Made by a program: the position numbers and the translations under genes. Shown piece by piece: positions 10,291 to 20,596 of a stretch of DNA of 64,000 nucleotides. How positions within the stretch are numbered: the stretch's first letter is position 1; every line of letters starts with the position of its first letter. The notes beneath the pieces were generated by a model. The model saw only the letters and a program-made list of their open reading frames with translations. It had not been told where the DNA came from and did no database searches. This DNA comes from Treponemataceae bacterium (GTDB taxonomy: Bacteria; Spirochaetota; Spirochaetia; Treponematales; Rectinemataceae): positions 128,001 through 192,000 of the forward strand of contig CAXXGJ010000006.1 of assembly GCA_963677895.2 (NCBI GenBank), given 5' to 3'.

Positions 10291-11284
10291 GCCCGGCTCC
10301 TTGCTATGGCCGGTTTGGCCTTTTTCTTTCCAAAGGTCGTCTTGATGCGCGGGTCGATGAATCCATAGAGCACGTCGACCAGGAGGTTGATGACCGTGAA
10401 GGTGAGCGCGATGAAGCAGACCGAACCGAGGATCTGGGGCGTGTCCTTCTGGTAGATGGCGTCCACCATTATGGAGCCCAGGCCCGGATAGGAGAATATT
10501 TTCTCCGTGAGGACGGCGCCGCCGAGCAGCTGTCCGAACTGGAGTCCGGCCACGGTGACGACGGGGATGAGGGCGTTGCGGAGCGCGTGCTTGAAGATGA
10601 CGACCTTCTCGTCCATTCCCTTTACCCTGGCCGTCCTGATGTAATCCTGCTCCATGACTTCGAGCATGGAGGACCTCGTCATGCGCATGATGATGGCCAT
10701 GGAATACATGCTCAGCGTGATGGTCGGCAGGATGAGGGAGACGAAATCGCCCGGATTGGACATGGCGGGGAAGATCCTGAGGTTGTTGGCGAAGGTGTAG
10801 ATGAGGACCATGGCCGCCCAGAACACGGGCATCGAGGCCCCGAGGAGGGCGAAGACGGTGAAGATCATGTCGATCGCCGAGTATGGTCTCGTGGCCGAGA
10901 GTATGCCGATGGGCACGCCTATGCAGACCGCCAGCAGGAGGGCGCCGGCCGCGAGTATAAGTGTATTGGGAAACGAGCTCAGGATGAGCTCGAAGACGTT
11001 CCTGTTCGAGATGTAGGACCGGCCGAGGTCGCCGAAGAGGAGTCCTTTATAGCCGAAAATGGGATGGCTGTAGCCAAAGAGGAAGCGCACGTACTGGATC
11101 AGGAATGGCTTGTCGAGCCCATGTCCGCCTTCATCTGCGTGTAGGCGGCGGGTGAGGCGTTGGGTCCCAGCATCATCTGGGCGGGGTCCGAGGGCGTGAC
11201 GTACAGAAGCGCGAAGACTATCAGCGTCACGCCGAAAAGTACGGGTACCAGCATAAGGATACGCCGTAATAGGTATCTGCTCAT
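10287..11284 (-). pseudogene. oppB: Oligopeptide ABC permease OppB/DppB, split by a 1-nt deletion at ~11118-11120 (real lesion or sequencing error)
   Basis: ORFs 11099..11284 (MSRYLLRRIL...) and 10287..11090 join as ...KADMG-LDKPFLIQYVRFL... if one base is added after ATG GG, giving about 332 aa. Confidence 0.85.
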
Positions 11285-11416
11285 ATTTGGAAAGTCCGAT
11301 CGTAAAGCCCGGAAGGGTTCCCCGGGCGGGGTTTCCTTCCGGACGGAAGGCCGCGAGGCGGCAAGCGTTTCGTCGTCATGACGTCGCGCTCGCGGCCGGG
11401 AGGCCTTCCTTCAGCG

Positions 11417-13165
11417 TCAGAACTGCTTGGTCAGCAGGTGGAGGTCCACGAGTTTGGTGCCGAAAATCGCCCTGTCGAGATTGCCGACTCTGGGATGGGT
11501 TCCGAAGAGGACGTTTTCATAGACCATCGGGAAGTAGGGTTTGTCGGTCATGAGCTGGGTCTGGACTTTGTCGTAGGCAGCCTTGCGCGCCTTCGGGTCC
11601 AGGGTGTAGCGGCCGAGGGCGATGTTGGCGTTGACGATGTCGTTGTTGTAGACGGCGCCGTTCATGCCCGTGCCGATGGAGTCGCCGTTGTAGATGATGC
11701 AGGTGTAGTCGGGGTCGCCCGTGGGGGTGAACCAGCCGGTCACGACCATGTCGTAGCCTTCGCCTGTCTTGCTCATCTGGATGATCTGGGAGTTGACCAT
11801 CGGCGTCACTTTGATGAGGTCGATGCCGAGTGTGGTCTTGACCTGGTCCTTGATGTTGTTGGCGATCTTCACGCGGTCGGTGATGTTGCCGACGTCAAGC
11901 TGGACGATTTCGGGAGTGAGTTTAGCCCTGAATTCGGGGGAAAGGGCGGCGAACTCGGCCTTGGCCTTCTCGCGGTCGAAGTACCAGTCCTTTTCGGTGA
12001 ATTCGGCGAAGGGGGTGCCTTCGGGAGCGCCCTCGACGTGGCCGAGGAAGCCGGGCTGCATCATCTGGTTGGCGGGAATGGCGTTGCCGTTGAAGAGGTC
12101 TACCTGCCTGATGAAGGGGATAGGATTGATCGAATAGAAAATCGCCTTCCTGAGGTGGGTGGAATCGCCTTCGGTATATTTTCCGGAGAGGTCGAGCTTG
12201 CCGTTCACCTTCTGGCCGACGAGGTCGGAGTTCATGCTGAACACGCCGTACCAGATCGTGAGGCCGGGCTTGGAAGTGATGTTGATACCGGATTTCTCGA
12301 TGCTCTTGATGTCGAGCTTGGAGAGGTTGAAGGCCATGTCCACTTCGCCGGTGATGAGGACGTTGTTGACCTGGGGCTGTTCGGACATCGCCCTGAACTG
12401 GATGTTCTTGAAGGCCAGGGTTTTCGGATCGTTCCACCAGGCATCGTTCCTGGTGACGTTGACTTCCTGCGGGTTCGGGAAGGAGACGAACTTATAGGGA
12501 CCGGTTCCGGTCACGATCTTGGTGCCGTAGTCGGCGCCCGCCGCTTCGACGGTCTGGCTGTCCTCGATGCCCGAGCAATAGTGGGCGAGGATGTTGAGCG
12601 CCGGGCCGTAGGGAGAAGCTACCATGTACTTGGCCCTGTCCGCCCAGGAGGTGAGGGGGATGGTGGCGTATTCGGGGTTCTTGAGCTTGCCCCAGGTGAT
12701 CTTCACGGTGTATTCGTCCACTTTCTCGACCGAGAGAATGGCGCTGAACATGGACTTGGAGCTCGACTTGGGGTGATGCAGGATGCGATTGAAGGAGAAT
12801 ACGACGTCGTCGGCGGTGAAGGCGTTCCCGTTGTGGAATTTCACGCCTTTGCGCAGTTTGATCGTATAGACCGAACCGTCTTTCGACACGAGTCCGTTCT
12901 CAACGGTGGGGATGGTGTCGGCGAGGACGGGGTAGAACTTATAGTCCGGGGTCATGCCGACGAGTGTTTCGTTGATTTCGCGCATAACCTGCGCTTCGTT
13001 CAGGGTCGTGTAGAGGTTCGGGTCGAGGGGCTGGGGCGCGGCCGCCAGGACGAACACGAGGGTGTCCGCGTCGCGGTTGCGGAGCGCGGGGCCCTTGGCG
13101 CCCTGGGCGAAGACGACACCGCCCATCATGAGAGCGATGACCAAAACCGTCATTAGTTTTTTCAT
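11417..13165 (-). CDS. Peptide ABC transporter substrate-binding protein (family 5)
   Basis: Signal peptide MKKLMTVLV..., LRKGVKFHNG, FTADDVVFSF, GTGPYKF. Confidence 0.9.
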   Translation of the reverse strand: MKKLMTVLVIALMMGGVVFAQGAKGPALRNRDADTLVFVLAAAPQPLDPNLYTTLNEAQVMREINETLVGMTPDYKFYPVLADTIPTVENGLVSKDGSVYTIKLRKGVKFHNGNAFTADDVVFSFNRILHHPKSSSKSMFSAILSVEKVDEYTVKITWGKLKNPEYATIPLTSWADRAKYMVASPYGPALNILAHYCSGIEDSQTVEAAGADYGTKIVTGTGPYKFVSFPNPQEVNVTRNDAWWNDPKTLAFKNIQFRAMSEQPQVNNVLITGEVDMAFNLSKLDIKSIEKSGINITSKPGLTIWYGVFSMNSDLVGQKVNGKLDLSGKYTEGDSTHLRKAIFYSINPIPFIRQVDLFNGNAIPANQMMQPGFLGHVEGAPEGTPFAEFTEKDWYFDREKAKAEFAALSPEFRAKLTPEIVQLDVGNITDRVKIANNIKDQVKTTLGIDLIKVTPMVNSQIIQMSKTGEGYDMVVTGWFTPTGDPDYTCIIYNGDSIGTGMNGAVYNNDIVNANIALGRYTLDPKARKAAYDKVQTQLMTDKPYFPMVYENVLFGTHPRVGNLDRAIFGTKLVDLHLLTKQF

Positions 13166-13281
13166 GCTGATTTCCTCCCTTGGAAACAGTGAAAATGTAA
13201 GGCTGCTACGCAACCTACAAGGACAATATAAAAGCGCGGCGAGGGTCTGCTTGCGGACAGGACGCTCCCGATCGCTTCTTT

Positions 13282-14124
13282 TCAGGTGAACGCGGCGAAT
13301 TTGCCGCCTAGCATGGCCACGACGTGGAGCATCCGGTAAATCTCCCGGAAATCGCCGCTGGAATAGCGCACCGAGCGCCCCGAAGTTCTCGTAAGGCCGG
13401 GGATCGCGGCTACGGCGTCGGCCACGACGGTGGATGAGAGTTCTATGTCGAGCTGGGTCGCGGCCGCGGCGGGAAGGGCCTTGAACGCGGAAAGGCGATC
13501 GAGGGCCTTCGTCGCGCCCGCGACGAACTCGCCTTCAAGCCTTTCCGGCGCGTACATTTTTCCGGCGAACCGGCCAAGGCCTTCCTTGGTCCTCACGTAG
13601 ACGGGCATCGGTTCGAATCGGCCATTAAGCTGGGACTCGAGGATATTGTCGCCCGAGATGAAGCAGACCGGGACGCCGTAGAAACCGGCCAGCCTGGCGT
13701 TGATCTCCGTCTCGCCCGATTCCACGCCGTCCAGCCGCACGCGGTATATGCAGGAAGCCGAATAGGAATGGTCCATCATGCCGCCCTCGGAACCTATGGA
13801 CGCGTGGTAGCCGACGAGGAAAAGACCGGAATAGCTTTCGTCGAGGCCTTCCAGCATGTAATAGGGGCGCGGATAGCCGCGCACCATGGTGACGCGGGGA
13901 TCGCCGAAGCCTTTGAAAGGGACGCCTTCGCCCCTGGCGTGGGAATCGCAGACGCAGATTTCCTCGATTTCGGCGTCGCGCGGCGAGGCGGCGAGGCCGC
14001 GCAGAATCCAGGATATCTCCAGCCAGGCGCGTTCGTAGTTGGCGGCTCTGGATGGTCCCTCGAGGTCGCTCCAGGAGGTGGTTCCGTGGATGCCTTCCAT
14101 GTCGACGGATATGAAAAGTTTCAT
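13282..14124 (-). CDS. D-aminopeptidase DppA-type (peptidase M55)
   Basis: MKLFISVDMEG start, DSH, VGYHA, HSY, ISGD motifs; ATGA overlap with the rpiR stop. Confidence 0.9.
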   Translation of the reverse strand: MKLFISVDMEGIHGTTSWSDLEGPSRAANYERAWLEISWILRGLAASPRDAEIEEICVCDSHARGEGVPFKGFGDPRVTMVRGYPRPYYMLEGLDESYSGLFLVGYHASIGSEGGMMDHSYSASCIYRVRLDGVESGETEINARLAGFYGVPVCFISGDNILESQLNGRFEPMPVYVRTKEGLGRFAGKMYAPERLEGEFVAGATKALDRLSAFKALPAAAATQLDIELSSTVVADAVAAIPGLTRTSGRSVRYSSGDFREIYRMLHVVAMLGGKFAAFT

Positions 14125-14987
14125 TGCTTCTCCGAAATTTCGTGGATCGTCGTGTAGCCGCTTTCCTGCATCGAAAGCGTCGAACTCCGGGCTTCGATCG
14201 AACTGTCCTTGGCGCTTAGGAATACCGTATGGACGAGAATATTCATGGTGGAAACAAGCCCGACATAGGAATTCGCCAAAAGAAGGGAATTGGTGTCGCA
14301 TCGCACAACGACATCGGCGAGGGAATAGATGGGGCAAACCGCCGAATCGGTGAAAAGGTGGAGCGTACCGCCCTTTTCTTTCACTACCTGGGCGACATGG
14401 CGGACTTCGTCGGAATACGGAGGGAAGGTCATGATGAACATGGTGTCATCTGCCGTAAAAGTACGCAGACGGGGAGAATAGTCGGACACAGAGCCTGAGA
14501 TGACCATCACATCCTTGTTCACCGAGCACATGAGCGTATATTCGAACATCCTCGCCATGTGACCCGAGATGCCGAAACCGCAGATAAAAATTCTCCTCGA
14601 ATTCCTGATGCTGTCGGCCATTGTCTGCAGGTCTTTCACCCTTATGTTCTCGAAGGTGTTGCGGAGGTTGTTCACTTCATTCAGGAAGAGTTTCTGGAGG
14701 CGTTTCTCTTCCGGCATGCCATCGAGTTCACGGAGCGCTATCTTATCGTAGGGGCTTAGGCGGAACTTTATCTCGTCCTGGATTTCGCGCTTGAAGCTTT
14801 GGTACCCGTCCAGGTCCAGGCTTTTCGCGAAGCGGACAAGGGAAGCGTTGCTGACGCCGATGGCCTTGCTGATGACATAGATGGAAGCGAAAGCGACGCT
14901 CTGCTCGTGGTCGAGAATATAGGAGCCAATCTTCTTGAAATTCGGGGGCATGTCGGGAAGCGCTTTTTTTATTTTTTCGAGTATCAT
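14121..14987 (-). CDS. RpiR/MurR family transcriptional regulator
   Basis: HTH (GVSNASLVRFAKSL...GYQSFK) followed by a SIS domain. Confidence 0.88.
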   Translation of the reverse strand: MILEKIKKALPDMPPNFKKIGSYILDHEQSVAFASIYVISKAIGVSNASLVRFAKSLDLDGYQSFKREIQDEIKFRLSPYDKIALRELDGMPEEKRLQKLFLNEVNNLRNTFENIRVKDLQTMADSIRNSRRIFICGFGISGHMARMFEYTLMCSVNKDVMVISGSVSDYSPRLRTFTADDTMFIMTFPPYSDEVRHVAQVVKEKGGTLHLFTDSAVCPIYSLADVVVRCDTNSLLLANSYVGLVSTMNILVHTVFLSAKDSSIEARSSTLSMQESGYTTIHEISEKQ

Positions 14988-15232
14988 GGCGTCTCGAATC
15001 CTCCTGGAAGCCTGAAAACTGGAAGGCTGCAATGCGTGAAACTTATGTTTCCAAAGTCTTGCACGCCGAAACTGCGGTGTCATCTTTTTTTTTCGATATT
15101 TATAGCTTTTTTATCGACTAAAACGGTTAAGCGGCGGGAGTATTTAATAATGTGTTAGGACTCGGGAAGGACTTTTCTCAGTATGCTATACTTCTAGCAT
15201 CGCTTCTGTTCCGCAGATAAGGAGAAACCGCA

Positions 15233-15571
15233 ATGAAAATTGTCTATATAATCGTAATTCTTCTGGTAGCCATCGTGGCCGTCGTTTTCGCGCTTCAGAA
15301 CAGCGCCATGATCACCGTGACTCTGTTCAGCGGTTCGGTGTCGGGTTCGCTTTCTCTCTTCCTTATCGTCACCTTGGCCATCGGCATGATTCTCGGCATG
15401 TCGCTGATGGTGCCCGCGATTTTCAAGCGCGGCAGGCTTTCTTCGGGGCTGAAGCGCCAAGTTTCGGCGCTGGAAAAGCAGGTTGGCGAGTTGAGCCAGC
15501 AGGCGACCGAAGCTTCGGCGACGGCCGCGACGGCCGCGTCGGCCGCTTCGGATGCGTCGGACGCAGGCTGA
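15233..15571 (+). CDS. LapA/DUF1049-like small membrane protein
   Basis: Two TM helices with FALQN and a coiled-coil tail; AGGAG RBS. Confidence 0.75.
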   Translation: MKIVYIIVILLVAIVAVVFALQNSAMITVTLFSGSVSGSLSLFLIVTLAIGMILGMSLMVPAIFKRGRLSSGLKRQVSALEKQVGELSQQATEASATAATAASAASDASDAG

Positions 15572-15587
15572 GCCGGGAGCGATCCGA

Positions 15588-18005
15588 TTATCGCTTCTTC
15601 CGGAACAGGTCGGCGAAGGGATTATAGGTCATGCCATCGTCCTCCCTCTCCTTCGGCGCGGGGCGCTGCGGGGAAGGCCGCTGCCCGGAGCGCTGATCGC
15701 TCCGCTGTTCCGGACGCTGCTCGGGCCGCTGCGGGGAAGGCCGCTGCTCTGGTCGATGTTCAGGCCGCTGTTCCGGACGGCCGCGGGAATCGCCGGCGGG
15801 CCGCGCCACGACCCTGACCGCTTTTTTCGGACCCTGGTCGCCTCCCGCTGGGTTCCTGTCGGTCTTCAGCGAGAGCCCGATCCTGTGGCGCGCCTCGTCC
15901 AGGCTGATGATGGTGAATTCCCTCACGTCGCCTACCTTGATCGCTTCCATGGGGTCGCGCACGAACTGATTCGAGAGCTCTGAAATATGGATCAGGGCGC
16001 TTTCCTTTATGCCTATGTCGACGAAGGCGCCGAAATCGACGACGTTCTTCACCTTGCCCGTGACCTTCATGCCCTCCTTGAGGTCGGAGAAGTTGAGGAC
16101 ACCCTTCGAGAGTATGGGCGGCGGCAGGTTTTCGCGCGGGTCGCGGTTGGGTTTCTTCAGCTCGACGATGATGTCGTCCATGGTGGTGTCGCCCACCGAG
16201 TATTTTTCGCGCAGAGCGGTTCGCTGTTCTCGCGAGGGATCGGCGCCCGCCTTGATGAACTGGAGGATTTCGGCGGCCAGGGCGTAGTTTTCGGGGTGAA
16301 CCCAGGTGTTGTCGAGTTCGTTGGCGCTCTCGGGAATCTTGAGGAAGCCAGCGCACTGTTCGAAGGTCTTTTCGCCCAGGCCGGGGATCTGGGTGAGCAT
16401 GTCGCGCGACTTGATCGCTCCCTTTTCTTCCCTGAACTTGACGATTTTCTTGGCCAGGCCCCCGTTGATGCCCGAAACGTACTTGAGGATGGCGTGGCTC
16501 GCGGTGTTGAGGTTGACGCCCACCTGGTTGACGACGGAGCCGACAACCTCGTCCAGCTGCTCGGTCAGCTTTTTCTGGTTGACGTCGTGCTGGTAGAGGC
16601 CGACGCCGATGCTTTTGGGATCGATCTTGACGAGCTCGGCGAGGGGGTCCTGGAGGCGGCGGCCGATGGAGATGGCGCCCCTGATGGTGAGGTCGAGGTC
16701 GGGGAACTCTTCCCTGGCGATGTCGCTGGCTGAATAGACGGAAGCTCCGTCCTCATCCACGGCGGTGAACTTGCATTCAAGGCCGTTCTCCTCGATCGAG
16801 GCGGCGACGGCGGCCTGCACTTCGTGGCTGGCGGTGCCATTCCCCACGGCGACGATCTCGATGCGGTGCTTCTTGACGGAGGCGGCGATGGCTTTCTTGG
16901 CTTCCTCGAGCTTCGTTTCCTGATTGATGACGAAATAGTCGAGGAACTTGCCCGTCTCGTCCAGGGCGGCGCACTTGGTGCCGGTGCGGATGCCGGGGTC
17001 CACGCCGAGAATCCTCGAGCCGCGCAGGGGCGGCTGCATGAGGAGGTTCTTGAGGTTTTCGGAGAAGACGTCGATGGCGTGGGTTTCGGCGTACTCGGTG
17101 GCGTCGGAGCGGATTTCGCGGATGACGGCGGGCGAAAGGAGCCTAGAGAGGCCGTCCTCGATGGCTTCGGCGTGATAATCGTTATGAATCCAGGCCTTGT
17201 CCTTGAGCAGGGCGGCGGCTCCTTCCTCGTCGACGTCGATGGTGACATCGAGGGCCGATTCGCGCTCGGCGCGGTTGACGGCCAGGACCCGGTGGCTTTT
17301 CAGGGTCGAGAGGGGCTCGGAATAGTCCCAGTACATCTGATAGGTGGACTTTTCGCGGGCGGCATCGTCGCCGACGCCCTTCGTGACGAGCTTGCCCGTC
17401 TTTTTATACCAGGATTTGACGGCGGCGCGCATTTCGATGTTCTGCGAGACGCGCTCGGCGAGGATGTCCTTGGCGCCGGCGATGGCGTCCTGGGCGGTCG
17501 CCACCGAAAGTTCGGGATGTTCCGCGTCGGCGCGGACGAAGCCGGGCGCCGCCGCGTCGACTTCATTCTTTTCCTTTTCGAGCATTATTTCGGCCAGCGG
17601 GCTGAGGCCCTTTTCCTGGGCGAGCATGCCTCTGGTCTTCTTCTTTTTCTTGTAGGGCGCCCAGAGGTCGTCCAGTTCGGTGAGGGTCGAGGCTTTGACG
17701 ATATTTTCGTAGAGTGTTTCGTCGAGCTTGCCGAGGGCGGCGATGCCCTTGGTCACCTCGATCCTGCGTTCCTCGAGGTTCTTGTAGCTCTCGAATTTAT
17801 GGACGCAGTCGCGGACCTGGACTTCGTCGAGGCTGCCGGTTCTTTCCTTGCGGTAGCGGCTGATGAAGGGAACCGTGCTTCCTTCGGCGGTCAGGGTGAT
17901 GACGGCCGATACTTGCGCGGCCTTGATGTTCAGGTCTCCGGCTATCCGGTTCAAAATGGCGATCTCGTTGACTGCCAGTTTTTCTATGTCGGGCAATTGG
18001 CTCAT
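15588..18005 (-). CDS. tex: Tex family S1-domain RNA-binding protein
   Basis: TVPFISRYRKE, GVDPGIRTG, DPKSIGVGLYQHD, S1 domain (NVVDFGAFVDIG). Confidence 0.93.
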   Translation of the reverse strand: MSQLPDIEKLAVNEIAILNRIAGDLNIKAAQVSAVITLTAEGSTVPFISRYRKERTGSLDEVQVRDCVHKFESYKNLEERRIEVTKGIAALGKLDETLYENIVKASTLTELDDLWAPYKKKKKTRGMLAQEKGLSPLAEIMLEKEKNEVDAAAPGFVRADAEHPELSVATAQDAIAGAKDILAERVSQNIEMRAAVKSWYKKTGKLVTKGVGDDAAREKSTYQMYWDYSEPLSTLKSHRVLAVNRAERESALDVTIDVDEEGAAALLKDKAWIHNDYHAEAIEDGLSRLLSPAVIREIRSDATEYAETHAIDVFSENLKNLLMQPPLRGSRILGVDPGIRTGTKCAALDETGKFLDYFVINQETKLEEAKKAIAASVKKHRIEIVAVGNGTASHEVQAAVAASIEENGLECKFTAVDEDGASVYSASDIAREEFPDLDLTIRGAISIGRRLQDPLAELVKIDPKSIGVGLYQHDVNQKKLTEQLDEVVGSVVNQVGVNLNTASHAILKYVSGINGGLAKKIVKFREEKGAIKSRDMLTQIPGLGEKTFEQCAGFLKIPESANELDNTWVHPENYALAAEILQFIKAGADPSREQRTALREKYSVGDTTMDDIIVELKKPNRDPRENLPPPILSKGVLNFSDLKEGMKVTGKVKNVVDFGAFVDIGIKESALIHISELSNQFVRDPMEAIKVGDVREFTIISLDEARHRIGLSLKTDRNPAGGDQGPKKAVRVVARPAGDSRGRPEQRPEHRPEQRPSPQRPEQRPEQRSDQRSGQRPSPQRPAPKEREDDGMTYNPFADLFRKKR
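15655..15785 (-). repeat. Coding low-complexity tandem repeat (RPEQ / RPSPQ units) in the Tex C-terminal tail
   Basis: Translation RPEQRPEHRPEQRPSPQRPEQRPEQRSDQRSGQRPSPQRP. Confidence 0.7.
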
Positions 18006-18130
18006 GGTCCCCTACGGTACGCAAAGTCGGCGAGAATTGCAAGCGTTCGTCCGTTCATTTTATTATGGACATTCCGATGGGCTTGAATTATGCTTGTTTT
18101 TTGGCCAATGCCATTAAGCTCGGAAAGGAA

Positions 18131-18742
18131 ATGGGAAAAAACGATAAACGCGTAAGGATTTTCTCCGCACTCGAGGTGGCCAACCTATGCGGGGTGGTAA
18201 ATCAGACTGCCATCAACTGGATCAAGGCCGGCTATCTCAAGGCTTTCACGACGCCGGGCGGCCAATTCCGCGTGTTCGCCGAAGATCTCATCGCCTTCCT
18301 GGAAGACCGGAAGATGAGAATTCCGCCTGAAATCAATGCCGGGGTGAATGATTCCGTCGATCCGGGCCTCATCCTCATCGTCGACGACGATCCCGATCTC
18401 AACACTATCCTCAAGAGAATGCTCGAAAGGAAGATCCCCGACATCAGCGTCGCACAGGCTTTCGATGGCTTCGAGGCCGGCAGGATCATCGCCGAACGCC
18501 ACCCCGCCCTCGTCTTCCTGGATTTCGACCTGCCGGGCATCAACGGGAAGAGTCTTTGTCTGCGCATTCATTCCGATCCATCGATCGGAAAGCCTTCGGT
18601 TATTTCCATGACGGGCATCGATACGCCGGATCTGCGCGAAGAGATGCTGGCGGCGGGCGCCGATGATTTCTTCGGAAAGCCCCTGGATTTCGAAGCGATA
18701 ATCAGGCGGGCTTCGGAACTTCTGGCTTCGAGGGCCAGGTAG
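18131..18742 (+). CDS. Excisionase/MerR-like HTH plus response-regulator receiver domain protein
   Basis: FSALEVANLCGV...AFTTPGGQFRV HTH; ILIVDDD, LDFDLPG, KP receiver motifs. Confidence 0.85.
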   Translation: MGKNDKRVRIFSALEVANLCGVVNQTAINWIKAGYLKAFTTPGGQFRVFAEDLIAFLEDRKMRIPPEINAGVNDSVDPGLILIVDDDPDLNTILKRMLERKIPDISVAQAFDGFEAGRIIAERHPALVFLDFDLPGINGKSLCLRIHSDPSIGKPSVISMTGIDTPDLREEMLAAGADDFFGKPLDFEAIIRRASELLASRAR

Positions 18743-19294
18743 GTGAAGTCGGTCGGGACCTTCCTGGACGGCCGGCTCATCGTTGCCGTGGGCGACATCA
18801 CCCTTTTCGAGGGGAATGCCATCGTCAACGCGGCCAATTCGGGCCTCCTGGGGGGAGGCGGCGTGGATGGAGCCATCCACCGCGCGGGAGGCCCGTCCAT
18901 ACTCGCCGAGTGCCGCGCCCTCCGCGCCGGCCCGCTCAAATCCGGCCTGCCCGCCGGCGAGGCCGTGGCAACAGGGGCGGGAGCCTTGCGGGCAGGCCGC
19001 GTCATCCACACGGTGGGTCCGGTCTGGCAAGGCGGAGGTCGCGGCGAAGCGGCGGCCCTCGCCTCCTGCTATCGCCGCTGCCTGGAAATCGCGGCGGCGG
19101 AAAACCTCGCCGTCATCGCCTTCCCCGCCATCTCGACAGGCGTCTACGGCTATCCCAAGGCCAAAGCGGCGCGCGTCGCCTTCAACTCCGTCCGGGAATT
19201 CGCCGTCGCCCACCCTATCCCGCGCGAAATCTGGCTCGTTTTCTTTTCCGAAAGCGACGCGAACACCTTTCTGGAAGCCGCCTTTCCAAACTGA
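18743..19294 (+). CDS. Macro-domain O-acetyl-ADP-ribose deacetylase (YmdB-like)
   Basis: GDIT, IVNAANS, GGGGVDGAIHRAGG, VIHTVGP, PAISTGVYGYP. Confidence 0.93.
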   Translation: MKSVGTFLDGRLIVAVGDITLFEGNAIVNAANSGLLGGGGVDGAIHRAGGPSILAECRALRAGPLKSGLPAGEAVATGAGALRAGRVIHTVGPVWQGGGRGEAAALASCYRRCLEIAAAENLAVIAFPAISTGVYGYPKAKAARVAFNSVREFAVAHPIPREIWLVFFSESDANTFLEAAFPN

Positions 19295-19299
19295 ATATC

Positions 19300-19329
19300 T
19301 TGACGCCTGGCGCCCGCGGCAGGTATAGT
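19300..19329 (+). promoter_or_regulatory. Sigma70-like promoter for tRNA-Gly
   Basis: TTGACG-N18-TATAGT about 63 nt upstream of the tRNA. Confidence 0.6.
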
Positions 19330-19392
19330 GGCTCAGTCGCCGCGCGAGCGGCTGACCGCAGCCGCGTCGCGAGAAGCGACGCAGTTCCAATC

Positions 19393-19463
19393 GCGACCGT
19401 CGTATACCGGTATTACCCGAGCTTCCCAAGCTCGAGAAGCGGGTTCGACTCCCGTCGGTCGCT
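19393..19463 (+). tRNA. tRNA-Gly (anticodon CCC); CCA not encoded
   Basis: Acceptor stem GCGACCG/CGGTCGC, anticodon arm CGAGC-TTCCCAA-GCTCG, T-loop GGTTCGACTCC, discriminator T. Confidence 0.93.
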
Positions 19464-19577
19464 CTACGATTAAGTCTTTTTTAATAAAAGACTTATGCTT
19501 CTACCGTAAAAACGGAGAAGCGCCATTATTATCCAAAGTCACCCGAAAAGTCACACTTCGGGCGCCTGGAGGAATAA

Positions 19578-19760
19578 ATGCGCTCTCCGTTTTTGCTTTT
19601 TCTGAGGGTAAAGAAAACGACTGGTGAGAAATCCTGGTACGCAAAGTTCTGGAATGAAGAATCGAATCGTTACGACCGTACGCGAGCCCTGGTCGACCAC
19701 TGGCCACAATCCTTGGATTACCTCGATCATAATCGTCGGGCGCCTCGGCTCGTTTTTTAA
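19578..19760 (+). pseudogene. Probable N-terminal stub of a tyrosine integrase
   Basis: GGAGG RBS; MRSPFLLFLRVKKTTGEKSWYAKFWNEESNRY resembles integrase N-terminal arm-binding segments; next to the att site; no catalytic domain. Confidence 0.55.
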
Positions 19761-19795
19761 TAGCTTCGCCGCCCGCGCTTTCCTATATTTCGGGC

Positions 19796-20446
19796 TTGAG
19801 CAGCCAGGTCCGCCCCATCGCTGGCAATCACGAGTACACCTATTCCGACGAGTTCGGCCCGGCGGGGAGCCTCGTCCTCTGCGAGGCGGACGAGAGGGCG
19901 CGGAAACTGGAATATTTCAAGACCGCAATGGGATTGGAGTCCCTCCAACGCGAAGAGGAGCTGGGCGGCTACGAACTGATCTACCTTTCCTCCGATTCGC
20001 TCGACACGAGCCGCCGGGTCGGGATCTCGCCGGAGTCCCTCGCCTGGCTCGACGATTGCTTATCCGCGCACGCGTCGCTTCCGACGATTATTTTCTTCCA
20101 CGCGCCGCTCGAGGGAACGCTGAACGTCAAGGGCAAGCCGGCTTCCGGAAGCAGCGTCGCCCAACCTGCGGACGCGATCCACGAGATCCTCGGGCGCCAT
20201 CCCCAGGTGTTCCTCTGGGTTTCGGGGCACACGCACACGAGGCCGAGCAATGCATCCTTCGCGTCGCCGATCAACCTGTACGATGGCCGCGTCATGAACA
20301 TCCACTGCCCCGATTCGGATCGTATCGATCCTTGCACGAACTCCTTGTGGCTCTACCCCAACCATGTCCTGATCAGAACCTACGATCATCGGCGAGGCGC
20401 CTGGCTCACGAGGCTGGACCGGCGTGTGGCGGCCTGGGGCCGCTAG
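19796..20446 (+). pseudogene. Calcineurin-like metallophosphoesterase, probably 5'-truncated
   Basis: GNHE, FFHAP and SGHTH motifs are present; the N-terminal DxH and GD motifs are not evident. Confidence 0.65.
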
Positions 20447-20596
20447 TGTGCGGTAATATCAATTCGATGAAGGCAGAATAAGCGCGTTCCTTAGCGACAA
20501 GACAAGGCTTCCAGACAAGCCGCCAATTTCAGACAGCAGTTAATACCCTTCTTCGCGATCGCGGATTAAAGCCGCATTTAGTCAAAAAGTTTCAAC

